DNA from: Gemmatimonadota bacterium
Lineage (GTDB): Bacteria > Gemmatimonadota > Gemmatimonadetes > Gemmatimonadales > GWC2-71-9
Direction: 5' to 3'
Assembly (NCBI GenBank): GCA_036679645.1
Contig: JAZDCY010000016.1
Location: 37,377-101,376 of the forward strand
DNA length: 64,000 nucleotides
Shown: piece after piece, positions 15,495 to 24,694 of the stretch
How the letters are laid out: the number at the start of each line of letters is the position of its first letter
Position numbering within the stretch: position 1 is the stretch's first letter
Made by a program: the position numbers and the translations under genes
The notes under the pieces: generated by a model
Seen by the model: only the letters and a program-made list of their open reading frames with translations
What the model was told of the DNA's origin: nothing
Database searches by the model: none

Positions 15495-16262
15495 TCAAGC
15501 CACCCCGAGCGGATCCACAGGCACAACCTGCCCCACGCTATCCAGATGCCACCGGCCCCCCTCCGCCAGTAACGTGCACCAGAGGTCCCAGCCCCTCTCC
15601 AGCAGCGCGCCGGCCCGCACCGGCACCTTGATCGGGCCGTAAAGAGCCGGCTCCTGATACCGCGGCCGCAGCCACAGCAGCCCGGGCTCGATCCGTGTTA
15701 CCTCAAAACAGGTATGCTCCGCGTCGGCGTCGAGGTCCCACACCGGAGCGCGCCCGCGGCACGCGCGAGCCAGTCGTTTCTTAGCCCGCTCGGCCCGGAG
15801 CAGTTTGCCCTGAAGACGGCGGGCCAGCCGCGCTATGTCGGCCGCCACTGTTGCATCCACGTACCCCTCGTCCGCTAACCACAGCGCAAACTGCTCCAGC
15901 TCCGGTAGCAGCTCGGGCGTCTGCCTCAAGTGAAGCAGCATGGTGTCGCCCAGCCATGAGATCACAAACTCCCGCAGCACCGTCGGCAGGTGTTCGCGGC
16001 CGACGCTCTCGCCGCGCGACGCCCGTGCATCCCCTGGTTGCCTCGTGGGGTGCCGCGCGTGTATCTGATGCTCGCCGCAACTCGGCTGCTCCAGTCCGGG
16101 ATCGGCGTCGTGCAGATAGATAGAGAGCGCAGCACAGAGCTGGGTCGCATCGCGGCCCTGTCCAGAGGCCGCCAGCTCATACGCGGCGCCGATTTCGTCG
16201 ATCGTGGGCGATGCCCCCTCCGGGACCGGAGGCTGAGCGACGCCGCGATTCCAATACATCAC
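15495..16262 (-). CDS. Hypothetical protein
   Basis: 255-aa ORF with a protein-like C-terminal beta region (FEVTRIEPGLLWL...GPIKVP...GRWHLDSVGQVVP); family not recognised. Confidence 0.65.
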   Translation of the reverse strand: MMYWNRGVAQPPVPEGASPTIDEIGAAYELAASGQGRDATQLCAALSIYLHDADPGLEQPSCGEHQIHARHPTRQPGDARASRGESVGREHLPTVLREFVISWLGDTMLLHLRQTPELLPELEQFALWLADEGYVDATVAADIARLARRLQGKLLRAERAKKRLARACRGRAPVWDLDADAEHTCFEVTRIEPGLLWLRPRYQEPALYGPIKVPVRAGALLERGWDLWCTLLAEGGRWHLDSVGQVVPVDPLGVA

Positions 16263-16292
16263 GATTCCCTGTCTTGCTCCTGCACGAGGGCC

Positions 16293-17294
16293 CTAATGGT
16301 CCGCCCGGCCTCCGCTCGCACGCCCCTCCTCAACCAGCTTGATCCGCCGTTCCCGAGGCCCGAACGCCGCCGGGAACCGCACCACCCGATCGTACAGCGG
16401 CGCCCGCCGCATCATGTGCTCGTCGTCCGCCGGCGCGTCTGGCCCCCAGCTCTCGGCTTCCGATGGCCATTCCTCGATGAGCCCCATCGAGGCGAGCGGG
16501 ATCAGGAAGCCGAGTTCCACCGTGGTGCCAACCAACCAGGGTGGGACGTCCTGCACGTCCCTCGTCCACGGAGGCGAGAGCATGAGGCCCAGCTCGGCGG
16601 GAATCCACCAGTTCCCGTCCACCTGTCCGAGACCCCACATCTCGTAGGCCTCGCCGCCCTGGTGCATCACTGGCCCTTCAGGGAGCGGAAGCAGCAGCGT
16701 GTCCCGCACGTTTGCGTTGCGGAACAGCGCGCGGAGCAGCCGCGTGTAGAGGGATCCTGCGCCTTCGGGCGTGGCCAACCGCCGGCCCAGTGGGGTCAGC
16801 TCGTAGCTCCCAGTGCGCACCCGCAGACAGCCGAGATAGCGGGCCGTCTCCCGCATCTGCGTAACCGGCAACCACTCCTCGCCGCGCATCCAGGGGGGCT
16901 CCTCGTCGTCCTCCAGCAAGTCGGCATCCTCCGGTCCTGGCGGCGGGGCGCTGCGCGACCAGAGGCGCTCGCCGAGGGTGGAGGCGAAGTGGCCCTCGAA
17001 CGTCCCATCGCGCCGCGCCGGTACGCGGCCCGCGTCGGCCAGGGCCAGGAGCAGCTCGCGCAAGTCGGCGAAGTAGCTCGCATCCCCCAGCTCGTCCAAC
17101 CGCACGTTGCGGTTCAGCCGCAGCGGTCCCCGCGTGTACCAGTCGCCGGCCAGCAACTTGCGGACCTCGGACGGCGACAGGCCGAACAGATCGGGACGCC
17201 GCGCGTAATCCTCGGCGTCCACCGCGGGATGGGAGCCGAGCTGCTCGAGTAACAGGCGGCTGTCGCGCGCTTGGGACGGGAAGGCGTGGCGCAT
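16293..17294 (-). CDS. Hypothetical protein
   Basis: ~333-aa ORF (start MRHAF assumed) with a wHTH-like YELTPLGRRL segment; family not recognised. Confidence 0.65.
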   Translation of the reverse strand: MRHAFPSQARDSRLLLEQLGSHPAVDAEDYARRPDLFGLSPSEVRKLLAGDWYTRGPLRLNRNVRLDELGDASYFADLRELLLALADAGRVPARRDGTFEGHFASTLGERLWSRSAPPPGPEDADLLEDDEEPPWMRGEEWLPVTQMRETARYLGCLRVRTGSYELTPLGRRLATPEGAGSLYTRLLRALFRNANVRDTLLLPLPEGPVMHQGGEAYEMWGLGQVDGNWWIPAELGLMLSPPWTRDVQDVPPWLVGTTVELGFLIPLASMGLIEEWPSEAESWGPDAPADDEHMMRRAPLYDRVVRFPAAFGPRERRIKLVEEGRASGGRADH

Positions 17295-17465
17295 TGCCCG
17301 TCGCACACGGGTCGCGGTGGTTGTACCGGTCCCGGCCCATCGCTCGTTTGACACGAAGGTGAATCTGCATCCCGAGACGTGCGGCCGAAACCCCAATTGG
17401 GCGCGTGTCGCATTTTGCGTGTTGCCTGTTGCACTTCTGCGGCACCCGCTCTGTAGCCCGACTCC

Positions 17466-17516
17466 TCACACGATAGCCATCGCGTCGCCGTAGCTGTAGA
17501 GGCGATATCGCTGAGC
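17466..17516. repeat. Right att-like direct repeat (3' end of intact queA)
   Basis: Matches 1668-1718 at 50/51 positions; identity stops exactly at the queA stop codon. Confidence 0.93.
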
Positions 17517-18521
17517 TACGGCCTCCCGATACGCCGCCATCGCATGGTCGTATCCCGCGAATGCCGCAACCAGCATCAGCAGTGTCGATCGCGGCAGATG
17601 GAAATTGGTAAGTAACCCATCGATAACACGGAATGTGTATGGGGGGTGGATGAACAGATCGGTCCATCCCGATCCCGCCACGATACCCGACGCTGCGCCG
17701 TCGCTCGCCCGAGTGCTCGCGGCTACCGTTTCCAGCGTCCGTGCAGCGGTGGTCCCGACAGCCCAAATACGGTGCCCGGCCGCCTTTGCGCGATTGACCG
17801 TCTCCGCCGTGCGTTCCGATACCGCGTACCACTCGGCGTGCATCACGTGTTGGGTGGGATCATCTACCTCTACGGGCTTGAACGTGCCCGGCCCGACATG
17901 CAGCACGACCTCCGCGATCTCCGCGCCGCGATCACGGATGGCGTCCAGCAGGTCGACAGTAAAGTGCAGGCCGGCGGTTGGCGCCGCGACGCTCCCTTCT
18001 TCACGGGCGTACACAGTCTGGTAGCGCTCGCGATCGGTCTCGTCGGCGGGACGCTCGATGTAGGGAGGCAATGGGACCGCGCCGTACCGGTCCATGAGCG
18101 TGGCGACATCGAGTCCGGCAAAGCGCATGCGACGCAGCCCGCCGCCCACGACATCGACGACGGTGCCGGTGGCGTCATCGCCAAAGGCGACCTGCCGCCC
18201 GGCCTTGAGCTTGCCACCCGGGTGCACCATGGCGAGCCAACTTCCGTCGGGCTCCTCGTGGACCAGCAGCACCTCCGCCGGGCGGCCGTTGTCGCGCACG
18301 CCGGTGAGACGAGCGGGAATCACCTTGCTCGTGTTGATCACGAGCACGTCGCCCGGTTGGATCAGGTCGGGGAAGTCGGCGAACGCCCGGTGTGCGCTGG
18401 TACCGCTCTGGCGGTTGAGCACCAGCAACCGGCTCGCGCTCCGTTCGGGCGTGGGATACTGCGCGATGAGGTCGGCCGGATACGTATAGTCGAAGTCCGC
18501 TGCGTTGTATCGTGTCGTCAC
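17466..18521 (-). CDS. queA: S-adenosylmethionine:tRNA ribosyltransferase-isomerase
   Basis: DFDYTYPADLIAQYP, VPLPPYI, YQTVYA, GSVAAPTAGLHF, TNFHLPRSTL, YRLYSYGDAM. Confidence 0.98.
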   Translation of the reverse strand: MTTRYNAADFDYTYPADLIAQYPTPERSASRLLVLNRQSGTSAHRAFADFPDLIQPGDVLVINTSKVIPARLTGVRDNGRPAEVLLVHEEPDGSWLAMVHPGGKLKAGRQVAFGDDATGTVVDVVGGGLRRMRFAGLDVATLMDRYGAVPLPPYIERPADETDRERYQTVYAREEGSVAAPTAGLHFTVDLLDAIRDRGAEIAEVVLHVGPGTFKPVEVDDPTQHVMHAEWYAVSERTAETVNRAKAAGHRIWAVGTTAARTLETVAASTRASDGAASGIVAGSGWTDLFIHPPYTFRVIDGLLTNFHLPRSTLLMLVAAFAGYDHAMAAYREAVAQRYRLYSYGDAMAIV

Positions 18522-20743
18522 CGCGGCCCACGCCGTAGAGGCGTACTCGTGACCTCGAACCGACGTGATACGGTCGCCGCCTGACCGGTCGAGCGATCGA
18601 CGACCGTGAGTTCGATCTCGTAGGTCACCTGTTGATCGCTCCGGAGATCGAGCACGAGGTATTCGGCTTGGGCTGCGCCAGGGTCTATTGCGACGTCGTT
18701 GTCGTACTCCAGAACCACCCTATCGTCTCCCAGGGCCGAGAGACCGGTCGCGTCGCCGATCCCGCCCAGAACTTGCGCAAACACGCCGTGCCGCTCGATC
18801 GCGTCCACCCGCACGGCGAGTCGAACGGTGTAATGCGCCACCCCGCTCGAATCCGGTTGGAGATTGTACATCTCCCAGAGGAACGCCACCGGATCACCCG
18901 GCGCAAACCGGGCGGCGCTGGGCACAATGAGAAAGTCACTCCATCTGCGGAACGTCGAATCCCGGGCTTCCAGGCGCCGCGCAACCAGTATATCGGAAAG
19001 AAGAAGCGTATCGCCCGTGAAGTCCCGCACGCTGAGCATCCCGCTGCTGCGTGCGGCCCGTTGTATCGTGGGGAGTTCGGCTTCCACGCGAACGAGGTAC
19101 TCTCCCGGTGCCAGGGCGAGCCGCCAGGTGCGCGTGTCGAGCTGCGTGGTATCACCGGCGGTGGCCATGTGCTCGCGGACCTCGCGCACCACGTCGTGCA
19201 AGGATCCGTCTTTCACGATGATACCGGTGGTTACCGGCACGCGATCGATGTCGACGTTGGCCAGGCGGCCCAGGGGAGCGAAACTGTAGGCCAATACATC
19301 GGTGGCCGTCGTGTCGTCGGGCCGAAACTGTGCCAACTGGACGTGAATGGTGTCCATCTCCGCGACGGTCGGCACGTTGTCGAAGCGGACCGGATGGTTG
19401 TGTTGGTTCTCCTGGTAGACAGCGCGTCCACGCTCGAAACCAGCAAGGCGCGTCCGCGTGAACCCGGGGACCCCGCCGAAGAGAAATCGCAGTCTCGGAC
19501 GATTGTAAACCCACGCTGTCAGTACGTCCGGACTCTCCTCGCGGGTGAGGCGGTCCCGTCCGAGTACCGCCCAGATGTCCGGCGGCCCCCAGCGGACGTA
19601 CACGCGCCCGCGATCGGTGTCGTAACCCGCGTGCCCTTCCAGGTCGTCGGACCACCGATGGTACACGTAGGTGATACGCGCGAAGTATTCCGTCTCCGGT
19701 TCGTTGACGTTGCGCAGGAACAGGGGCTGGCCGGCCGCCCAGTAGAGACGGCGCAGCTCCTCCTGCTGGGCAGGCTGCCGTTCGGAGTATTGCGGGCGAT
19801 CTGCAGCACGCAGGATGAGCGTGAGGTTGTCGTACGGCTCCCGTTCCTGTGGCGTCATGCGTGTGAACGCCGTGTCGAATGCCGCTTGTGCCTCCTGCCA
19901 GCGGTTCATTCGGGCAAGGGCGAGCCCGAGAACAGCCCAGCTCTTCCCGCTGTCCGGCGCAGCCCGCACGATGCGACGTGCGAGTTCGTGGGCCTCGGCC
20001 CGTCGCGCATCGTCACCGAGCACCACCGCGAGCAAGCCGGCGGCGCGCACGTGCCTCGGATTCGCGTCAAGGGCCCAGCGCAGGTACTCCTCTGCCTTCC
20101 GTTTCTGACGATCACCGGGATGTCCCGGATCGGGTCTCGTGTAGACCTGGAAAACGCGCTGCGCGTAGCGCCAATCGGCGTAGAACAGGCTGTCATCGAT
20201 GCCCGTGATGTCGCCACTGAAGAGGTAGCGGTGACCCATCTGCTCGTACCGCTCCCACTCCACACGCGCCGCTCGGTATCCGACATCGGCGACAACGAGC
20301 CCGCGGGCTCCGCGGCGTGCAGCGGCGACGGACGAATCCACGAGATCCATTACGCGAAAGCGTGAGACCATCGAGGTCTTGGTGCGGAGCAGTTCGGCCC
20401 ACGCGAGCCAGTATTGGGCCGAATCGGGAGCGATCTCGGTGGCGCGCCGGAAGTGCCGCTCTGCCCGGTTCCGGTCCCAGTTGCGCCGCCGGCGGAGGCT
20501 CAACGTAGTGTCCGGCGTGCCGAGAAAGAGCGCGCGGTGCAATCGTCCGAGACGATAGTGCGCGTCAGCGTCGTCTGGATGCCGGCGCAAGATCGCGTCG
20601 AACGCCATGAGTGCGCCAATCGTGTCACCGGCAGCGGCGAGGCTGTCTGCCGCGACCGACGTCTGCGCTCCGGCCCGGCCGACCGGTGTGAGGAGGAGAG
20701 CCGTGCCGAACAACGTGTACGGAATGAACCGCATGCCAACCAC
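18518..20743 (-). CDS. GWxTD-domain protein 1 (signal peptide, TPR, GWxTD-like, C-terminal beta domain)
   Basis: YVYHRWS...GYDTDRGRVYVRWGPPD; stop overlaps the queA start (GTGA). Confidence 0.85.
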   Translation of the reverse strand: MVGMRFIPYTLFGTALLLTPVGRAGAQTSVAADSLAAAGDTIGALMAFDAILRRHPDDADAHYRLGRLHRALFLGTPDTTLSLRRRRNWDRNRAERHFRRATEIAPDSAQYWLAWAELLRTKTSMVSRFRVMDLVDSSVAAARRGARGLVVADVGYRAARVEWERYEQMGHRYLFSGDITGIDDSLFYADWRYAQRVFQVYTRPDPGHPGDRQKRKAEEYLRWALDANPRHVRAAGLLAVVLGDDARRAEAHELARRIVRAAPDSGKSWAVLGLALARMNRWQEAQAAFDTAFTRMTPQEREPYDNLTLILRAADRPQYSERQPAQQEELRRLYWAAGQPLFLRNVNEPETEYFARITYVYHRWSDDLEGHAGYDTDRGRVYVRWGPPDIWAVLGRDRLTREESPDVLTAWVYNRPRLRFLFGGVPGFTRTRLAGFERGRAVYQENQHNHPVRFDNVPTVAEMDTIHVQLAQFRPDDTTATDVLAYSFAPLGRLANVDIDRVPVTTGIIVKDGSLHDVVREVREHMATAGDTTQLDTRTWRLALAPGEYLVRVEAELPTIQRAARSSGMLSVRDFTGDTLLLSDILVARRLEARDSTFRRWSDFLIVPSAARFAPGDPVAFLWEMYNLQPDSSGVAHYTVRLAVRVDAIERHGVFAQVLGGIGDATGLSALGDDRVVLEYDNDVAIDPGAAQAEYLVLDLRSDQQVTYEIELTVVDRSTGQAATVSRRFEVTSTPLRRGPR

Positions 20744-20858
20744 CAGCGGAGTCGATTCGAAAGATGACTCCGCCGCGAGTGTTCGGGAACCGCTACGCCA
20801 TCGACCGGGTCCTCGCGGCGTGAAAGGCAGCGAGGACTGCGGTCACCAGGAGCCTGCT

Positions 20859-21576
20859 ATGTACCAAGGCGGCCTCGGCATGAGTGAGGGCGCTGGGGTC
20901 GGAGTCAATCTCGAAACGGACTGGGCCCGGGGTTCCTCACGGCCTCGCATTGCGGGGTGGTGTTCGCCGGCGTCGATGGGGCCGATTATCATCAGCCGGT
21001 TCCGACCAATTTCGTTGGGAATGAAGTGGTCGACCCCGCCGGCGTGCCCGGGTGCCACACGCCAGAGATCCCGTGTCGCTATAGTGATGCAGCATTCATC
21101 TCATATTTGACAGGCGGACTGTCGGAGCATGGCGTGATTGCCCGGACCGAGGGTCCGGGGAGCCTCAAGATCTCGTCGTCGACCCCGCGTTTCTTCATCC
21201 AGGACGCACCACTCGGTTTCACACCCTTCGGGACGGTGATCAACAAAATGGGACGGACGACGGGATAGACGCAGGGTTTCGTCAGCGGCACGTGCGTCGA
21301 CGTCGACAGCGTAAGCTCACCCCCGTTCGTCTACACGCTCTTGTGCCAGGGGGTAGGTTTCTACGTGTCGGGAGGTGGCGACAGTGGCGGAACCATCTTC
21401 ACCTGGGATGGTATCGGGTCGTCTATTGATTCTTGGGGCATGCACGTTGCTTCCTTCGACCATTCAAATACTTTAGCTACTGGATGCACATATCGTTTGA
21501 ACTTGGGGATGCGCTGGGGGTTATGGACCCCGTGTTCGGTGGGGGTGGGGGCGAAGGCCCAGGAGGTCCAGGATGA
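20859..21576 (+). pseudogene. S1 (chymotrypsin-like) serine protease pseudogene
   Basis: Catalytic motifs FLTASHC (20933-20953), CRYSDAA and GDSGG (21377-21391) are in one frame. Lesions: frameshift near 20925, TAG at 21266 (GRTTG*T), frameshift near 21460. Final TGA at 21574-21576 overlaps the next ATG. Confidence 0.8.
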
Positions 21577-22094
21577 CTCGATCTCAAAGTTGGCGTGTAG
21601 CTGGCATCGTGGCCATCGCGGCTTTCGCTTGCACCGAGCAATCGGGACTCACCGACGGATTCGACGTGCCTGAACTGGATATCGATGTCCTGCGCGGTCA
21701 GCTTGAACGCGACGTCGTGATAACGATGTCGTTCGACACACTGCCCTCCGGGAACGTGACGGCACTCCGACCCGTCGTGCACGCGGAGAACACCGGCCAG
21801 CGCGACTTCCAGGTTCTCGTGGGTGGATGTCCATGGCGGTTCACCATGTATGACAATGCTGACCTGTCTGGGGATCCGATCTGGCGTGCGCCGAGAGCGT
21901 GTGGCGATCCCCTGGTAGGGTTCACTATCCGGAGCGGTGAGGCGGTGGAGTGGTCCGGTCCGGCAGTCGGGATGGAGACCATCATCGCCGACCATGGGAT
22001 CGGGGATTACTTCTTCGCGGTGGAACTCACCATTGACGTGCCGGCCATACGCACCGGCGAGATACCCGGTGGTTCCGTACGGTTCGAACGGTGA
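21573..22094 (+). CDS. Putative lipoprotein
   Basis: Signal peptide with AFA-C lipobox, then a beta-rich domain; ATGA overlap with the protease stop. Confidence 0.7.
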   Translation: MTRSQSWRVAGIVAIAAFACTEQSGLTDGFDVPELDIDVLRGQLERDVVITMSFDTLPSGNVTALRPVVHAENTGQRDFQVLVGGCPWRFTMYDNADLSGDPIWRAPRACGDPLVGFTIRSGEAVEWSGPAVGMETIIADHGIGDYFFAVELTIDVPAIRTGEIPGGSVRFER

Positions 22095-22130
22095 GCTCGG
22101 TCAGGTGAGCACCGTCTGATAGACGCTGCG

Positions 22131-22165
22131 ACAGGCTGGCTGAGACGCCGGCCTGTCCGCGTTTT
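22131..22165 (+). terminator. Putative intrinsic terminator
   Basis: ACAGGCTGGC/GCCGGCCTGT stem (one G-U pair) followed by CCGCGTTTTGT. Confidence 0.5.
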
Positions 22166-22433
22166 GTGGTGAAGGAGCAAGCCATGGCGGGAGGGGAGAG
22201 CAGTGCGCCGACAGCAGGTCGGACGAGCAGCGGCAGAAAGGAGGGGGCAGCCTACTCCCCCTCTTTCGCCCTTCATCGGTTCGGCGTCAACCCACATCGG
22301 GAAACACATTGCCTGAACGGGGATTAACCCGTTTGCCCGTGGCACGAGGTGCTGATCCGGAGCCGCAACGGGAATCTTGCCTGCGGCGGAGGCGATGCCG
22401 CGCTCCGGATCCGCCGCGTAGAAGCGAGCGAGG

Positions 22434-24644
22434 CTATTGACGCGCCGTGAGTGGCGTGTCCGTTACCACGAACTGCCTGCGGGCGGTGATTGTCTGGCCG
22501 CTTACATGATCGGTCACGGTCAGGTAGATGCCGTACAACCCCTTCGGTGCGTCCTGCAGTTCCACCGTGAGGTACTCGACCTGTAACCCTCCGGGCAGGG
22601 TTACGGCCTCGCGGTCGTACGCGAGCGCGACCTCCTCGTCTCCCTGGGCCGAGAGCCCGACCGCGTCACCGATGCCTCCCAGAATACGGGCCATAAACCC
22701 GTGGCGTTCTACCTGACGCACTGTGAACAGGAGATCCACCGTGTATCGTGCGGTTCCGGTCGAGTCCGGCTGCAGGTTGTAGATCTCCCAGAGGAGTCCT
22801 ACCGAGGACTCTGAGCCGATGCGCCCAGCGCTGGGCAACACGAAGAAATCTGTCCAGCGCGTAAACGACGAATCATGCGGCGCGACGCGTTCCGCGAGCA
22901 GCAGGTCCGATAACATGAGCGAGTCGGTGCCATATGGCCGCACGTCGAGCACTGACGTGCTGCGTGCCGCCCGTTTCGCCTCCGCCAGCAACGCCTCTAC
23001 ACGGAGGAGATACGATCCCGGCTGCAGCTCGAAGCGAAAGCTGCGTCGCTCGACCTGCTCCGGATCACCACCCGGGATGGTTTCGTCGCGACGATCGCGC
23101 TGTACGTCTCGCATGCGTCCGTCGCGAATGATGGCAGCGGTCGTGAGCTGCATCTGCTGTGCATCGATGCCCCGCGCCATGCGTCCAATTGGCATGAATG
23201 TGTACACACCCAGTTCGGTGCTGGCATCTCCCTCGCCGCGAAACTGGGCGAACTGTACGAGCACTGTGTCCATTTCCGCCACGGTCGGGACGTTGTCGAA
23301 CCGGACGGGAAAGAGGTTGCGCGCCTCGCGGTAGAAGCTGCGGAAGTCGCCTGCGAAATTGGCCCGTGTGAATCCGGGTGTCAGGGAAAAGAGGAAACGC
23401 AGCTCGGAGCCCGTGTACACCCAGGCAATCTGATTGCGCTCTCCCTCGAGGCTCCCCAGCGGGTCGCCGCCGCCGGTCGTTCGATCCAGCTGCTGCCCGC
23501 GTCCCCTTCCGAACGATGCCCAGATGTCGGGCGGACCGTACCGCAGGAACACGGATCCCCGGTCCGACTCCCACCCGCGATACCCGCGAGCGCGGTCGCT
23601 CCATCGGTGATCGACATACGTGAGGCGTGCCCAGAACTCCACCCGGGGCTCGTTCAGGTCGCGTAGGAAGAGCGGCTGCGACAACGCCCAGTAGAGCGCG
23701 TTCAATCCCCTCTGCTGCTCGGGCTCCATCTCCTCGAATCGTACCTGATCGATCGACTTGAGAATCGGGGCGAGATTCGCGTACGGTCCGCGCTGTGCCG
23801 GGGTCATGCGTATCATTGCGGTGTCGAAGGCTGCCTGCGCATCAGCCCAGCGGTTCAGCCGGGCGAAGGCGAGCCCCGCCAGCGCCCACGCGCGCCCGCT
23901 GTCGGGCGCGGCTGCGGTGAGCCGGCGTGCCACCTCGTCGGCCTCTTCCCGGCGATCCTCTTCGCCGAGCAACACGATCAGCAACCCCGCGGCCGCGACG
24001 TGTCGAGGGTCCGCCGAGAGCGCCGCACGCAGGTGCTCCTCCGCCGCCCGCTTGTCGCCTCCACCGGGATCGCCCGGATCGGGGTGGACCTGCTGGGCGA
24101 AGAAATTCTCGAGATCGTTCCAGGGACCCATCAGCACGCCCTGGTCGACGGACCGGGCCTCGCCGGTGAACAGGTACCGGTGGCCCAGTTGCTCGTATCG
24201 TTCCCAGTCGACGACGCCCGCTCGGAACTCGATATCGGCGAGCCGCGCGCTGCCGTGCGCGCGGGCGGCCTCGAGTGCCCGATCGATCATGCCCGGGACC
24301 TGAATCCGAGAGGCCACGTTCCCACTGGAGCGCAGATGCTCGGCAAGGGCAAGCCAATACTTCGCGCTGTCGGGCTGGTACCGGGTGGCGAAACGGAGGT
24401 GTTCCTCCATGCGTCGCCGGTCTGCACTCACCGCGGACGAGGGATCGATGCGGATCTGATAGAGCAGCGCCACTCTATAGTGGACTTCCCCGTTTTCCCG
24501 GTCGGTGCGCAGCACTTGTTCCAGGGCGCCGATGGCACCCAGCGTGTCGCCCGCGGCGAGCAGGCTGTCGGCGGTGTCTTCCTGCGCCTGAAGCCGCGTA
24601 GTCGCTGCCAGGAGCAGCGCCAGAATCATGAAGCGTCGATGCAT
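22434..24644 (-). CDS. GWxTD-domain protein 2
   Basis: Signal peptide MHRRFMILALLLAA; YVDHRWS...GWESDRGSVFLRYGPPD; clearly paralogous to the flanking copies. Confidence 0.88.
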   Translation of the reverse strand: MHRRFMILALLLAATTRLQAQEDTADSLLAAGDTLGAIGALEQVLRTDRENGEVHYRVALLYQIRIDPSSAVSADRRRMEEHLRFATRYQPDSAKYWLALAEHLRSSGNVASRIQVPGMIDRALEAARAHGSARLADIEFRAGVVDWERYEQLGHRYLFTGEARSVDQGVLMGPWNDLENFFAQQVHPDPGDPGGGDKRAAEEHLRAALSADPRHVAAAGLLIVLLGEEDRREEADEVARRLTAAAPDSGRAWALAGLAFARLNRWADAQAAFDTAMIRMTPAQRGPYANLAPILKSIDQVRFEEMEPEQQRGLNALYWALSQPLFLRDLNEPRVEFWARLTYVDHRWSDRARGYRGWESDRGSVFLRYGPPDIWASFGRGRGQQLDRTTGGGDPLGSLEGERNQIAWVYTGSELRFLFSLTPGFTRANFAGDFRSFYREARNLFPVRFDNVPTVAEMDTVLVQFAQFRGEGDASTELGVYTFMPIGRMARGIDAQQMQLTTAAIIRDGRMRDVQRDRRDETIPGGDPEQVERRSFRFELQPGSYLLRVEALLAEAKRAARSTSVLDVRPYGTDSLMLSDLLLAERVAPHDSSFTRWTDFFVLPSAGRIGSESSVGLLWEIYNLQPDSTGTARYTVDLLFTVRQVERHGFMARILGGIGDAVGLSAQGDEEVALAYDREAVTLPGGLQVEYLTVELQDAPKGLYGIYLTVTDHVSGQTITARRQFVVTDTPLTARQ

Positions 24645-24694
24645 TGTACGGGCAATGTACACCGGAGTGCCGGACGGTTTCCGTCCGGCAAGAT

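Larger units (their letters stand above)
1668..17516. mobile_element. Genomic (defence) island inserted at the queA 3' end
   Basis: Flanking 51-bp direct repeats, interruption of the queA-tgt junction, and CRISPR-Cas, TA and IS cargo. No integrase recognised inside. Confidence 0.85.

Noticed and set aside
1668-17516. CRISPR-associated transposon (CAST)
   Set aside because: No tnsA/B/C or tniQ. The only transposase is an IS21 with its own ends and TSD inside cas3, and the boundaries are 51-bp direct repeats, not Tn7 ends with a 5-bp TSD.
22260-22350. c-di-GMP-I riboswitch (GGCAAAC on the minus strand)
   Set aside because: The GNRA/receptor and GACGCAAAG elements are absent.
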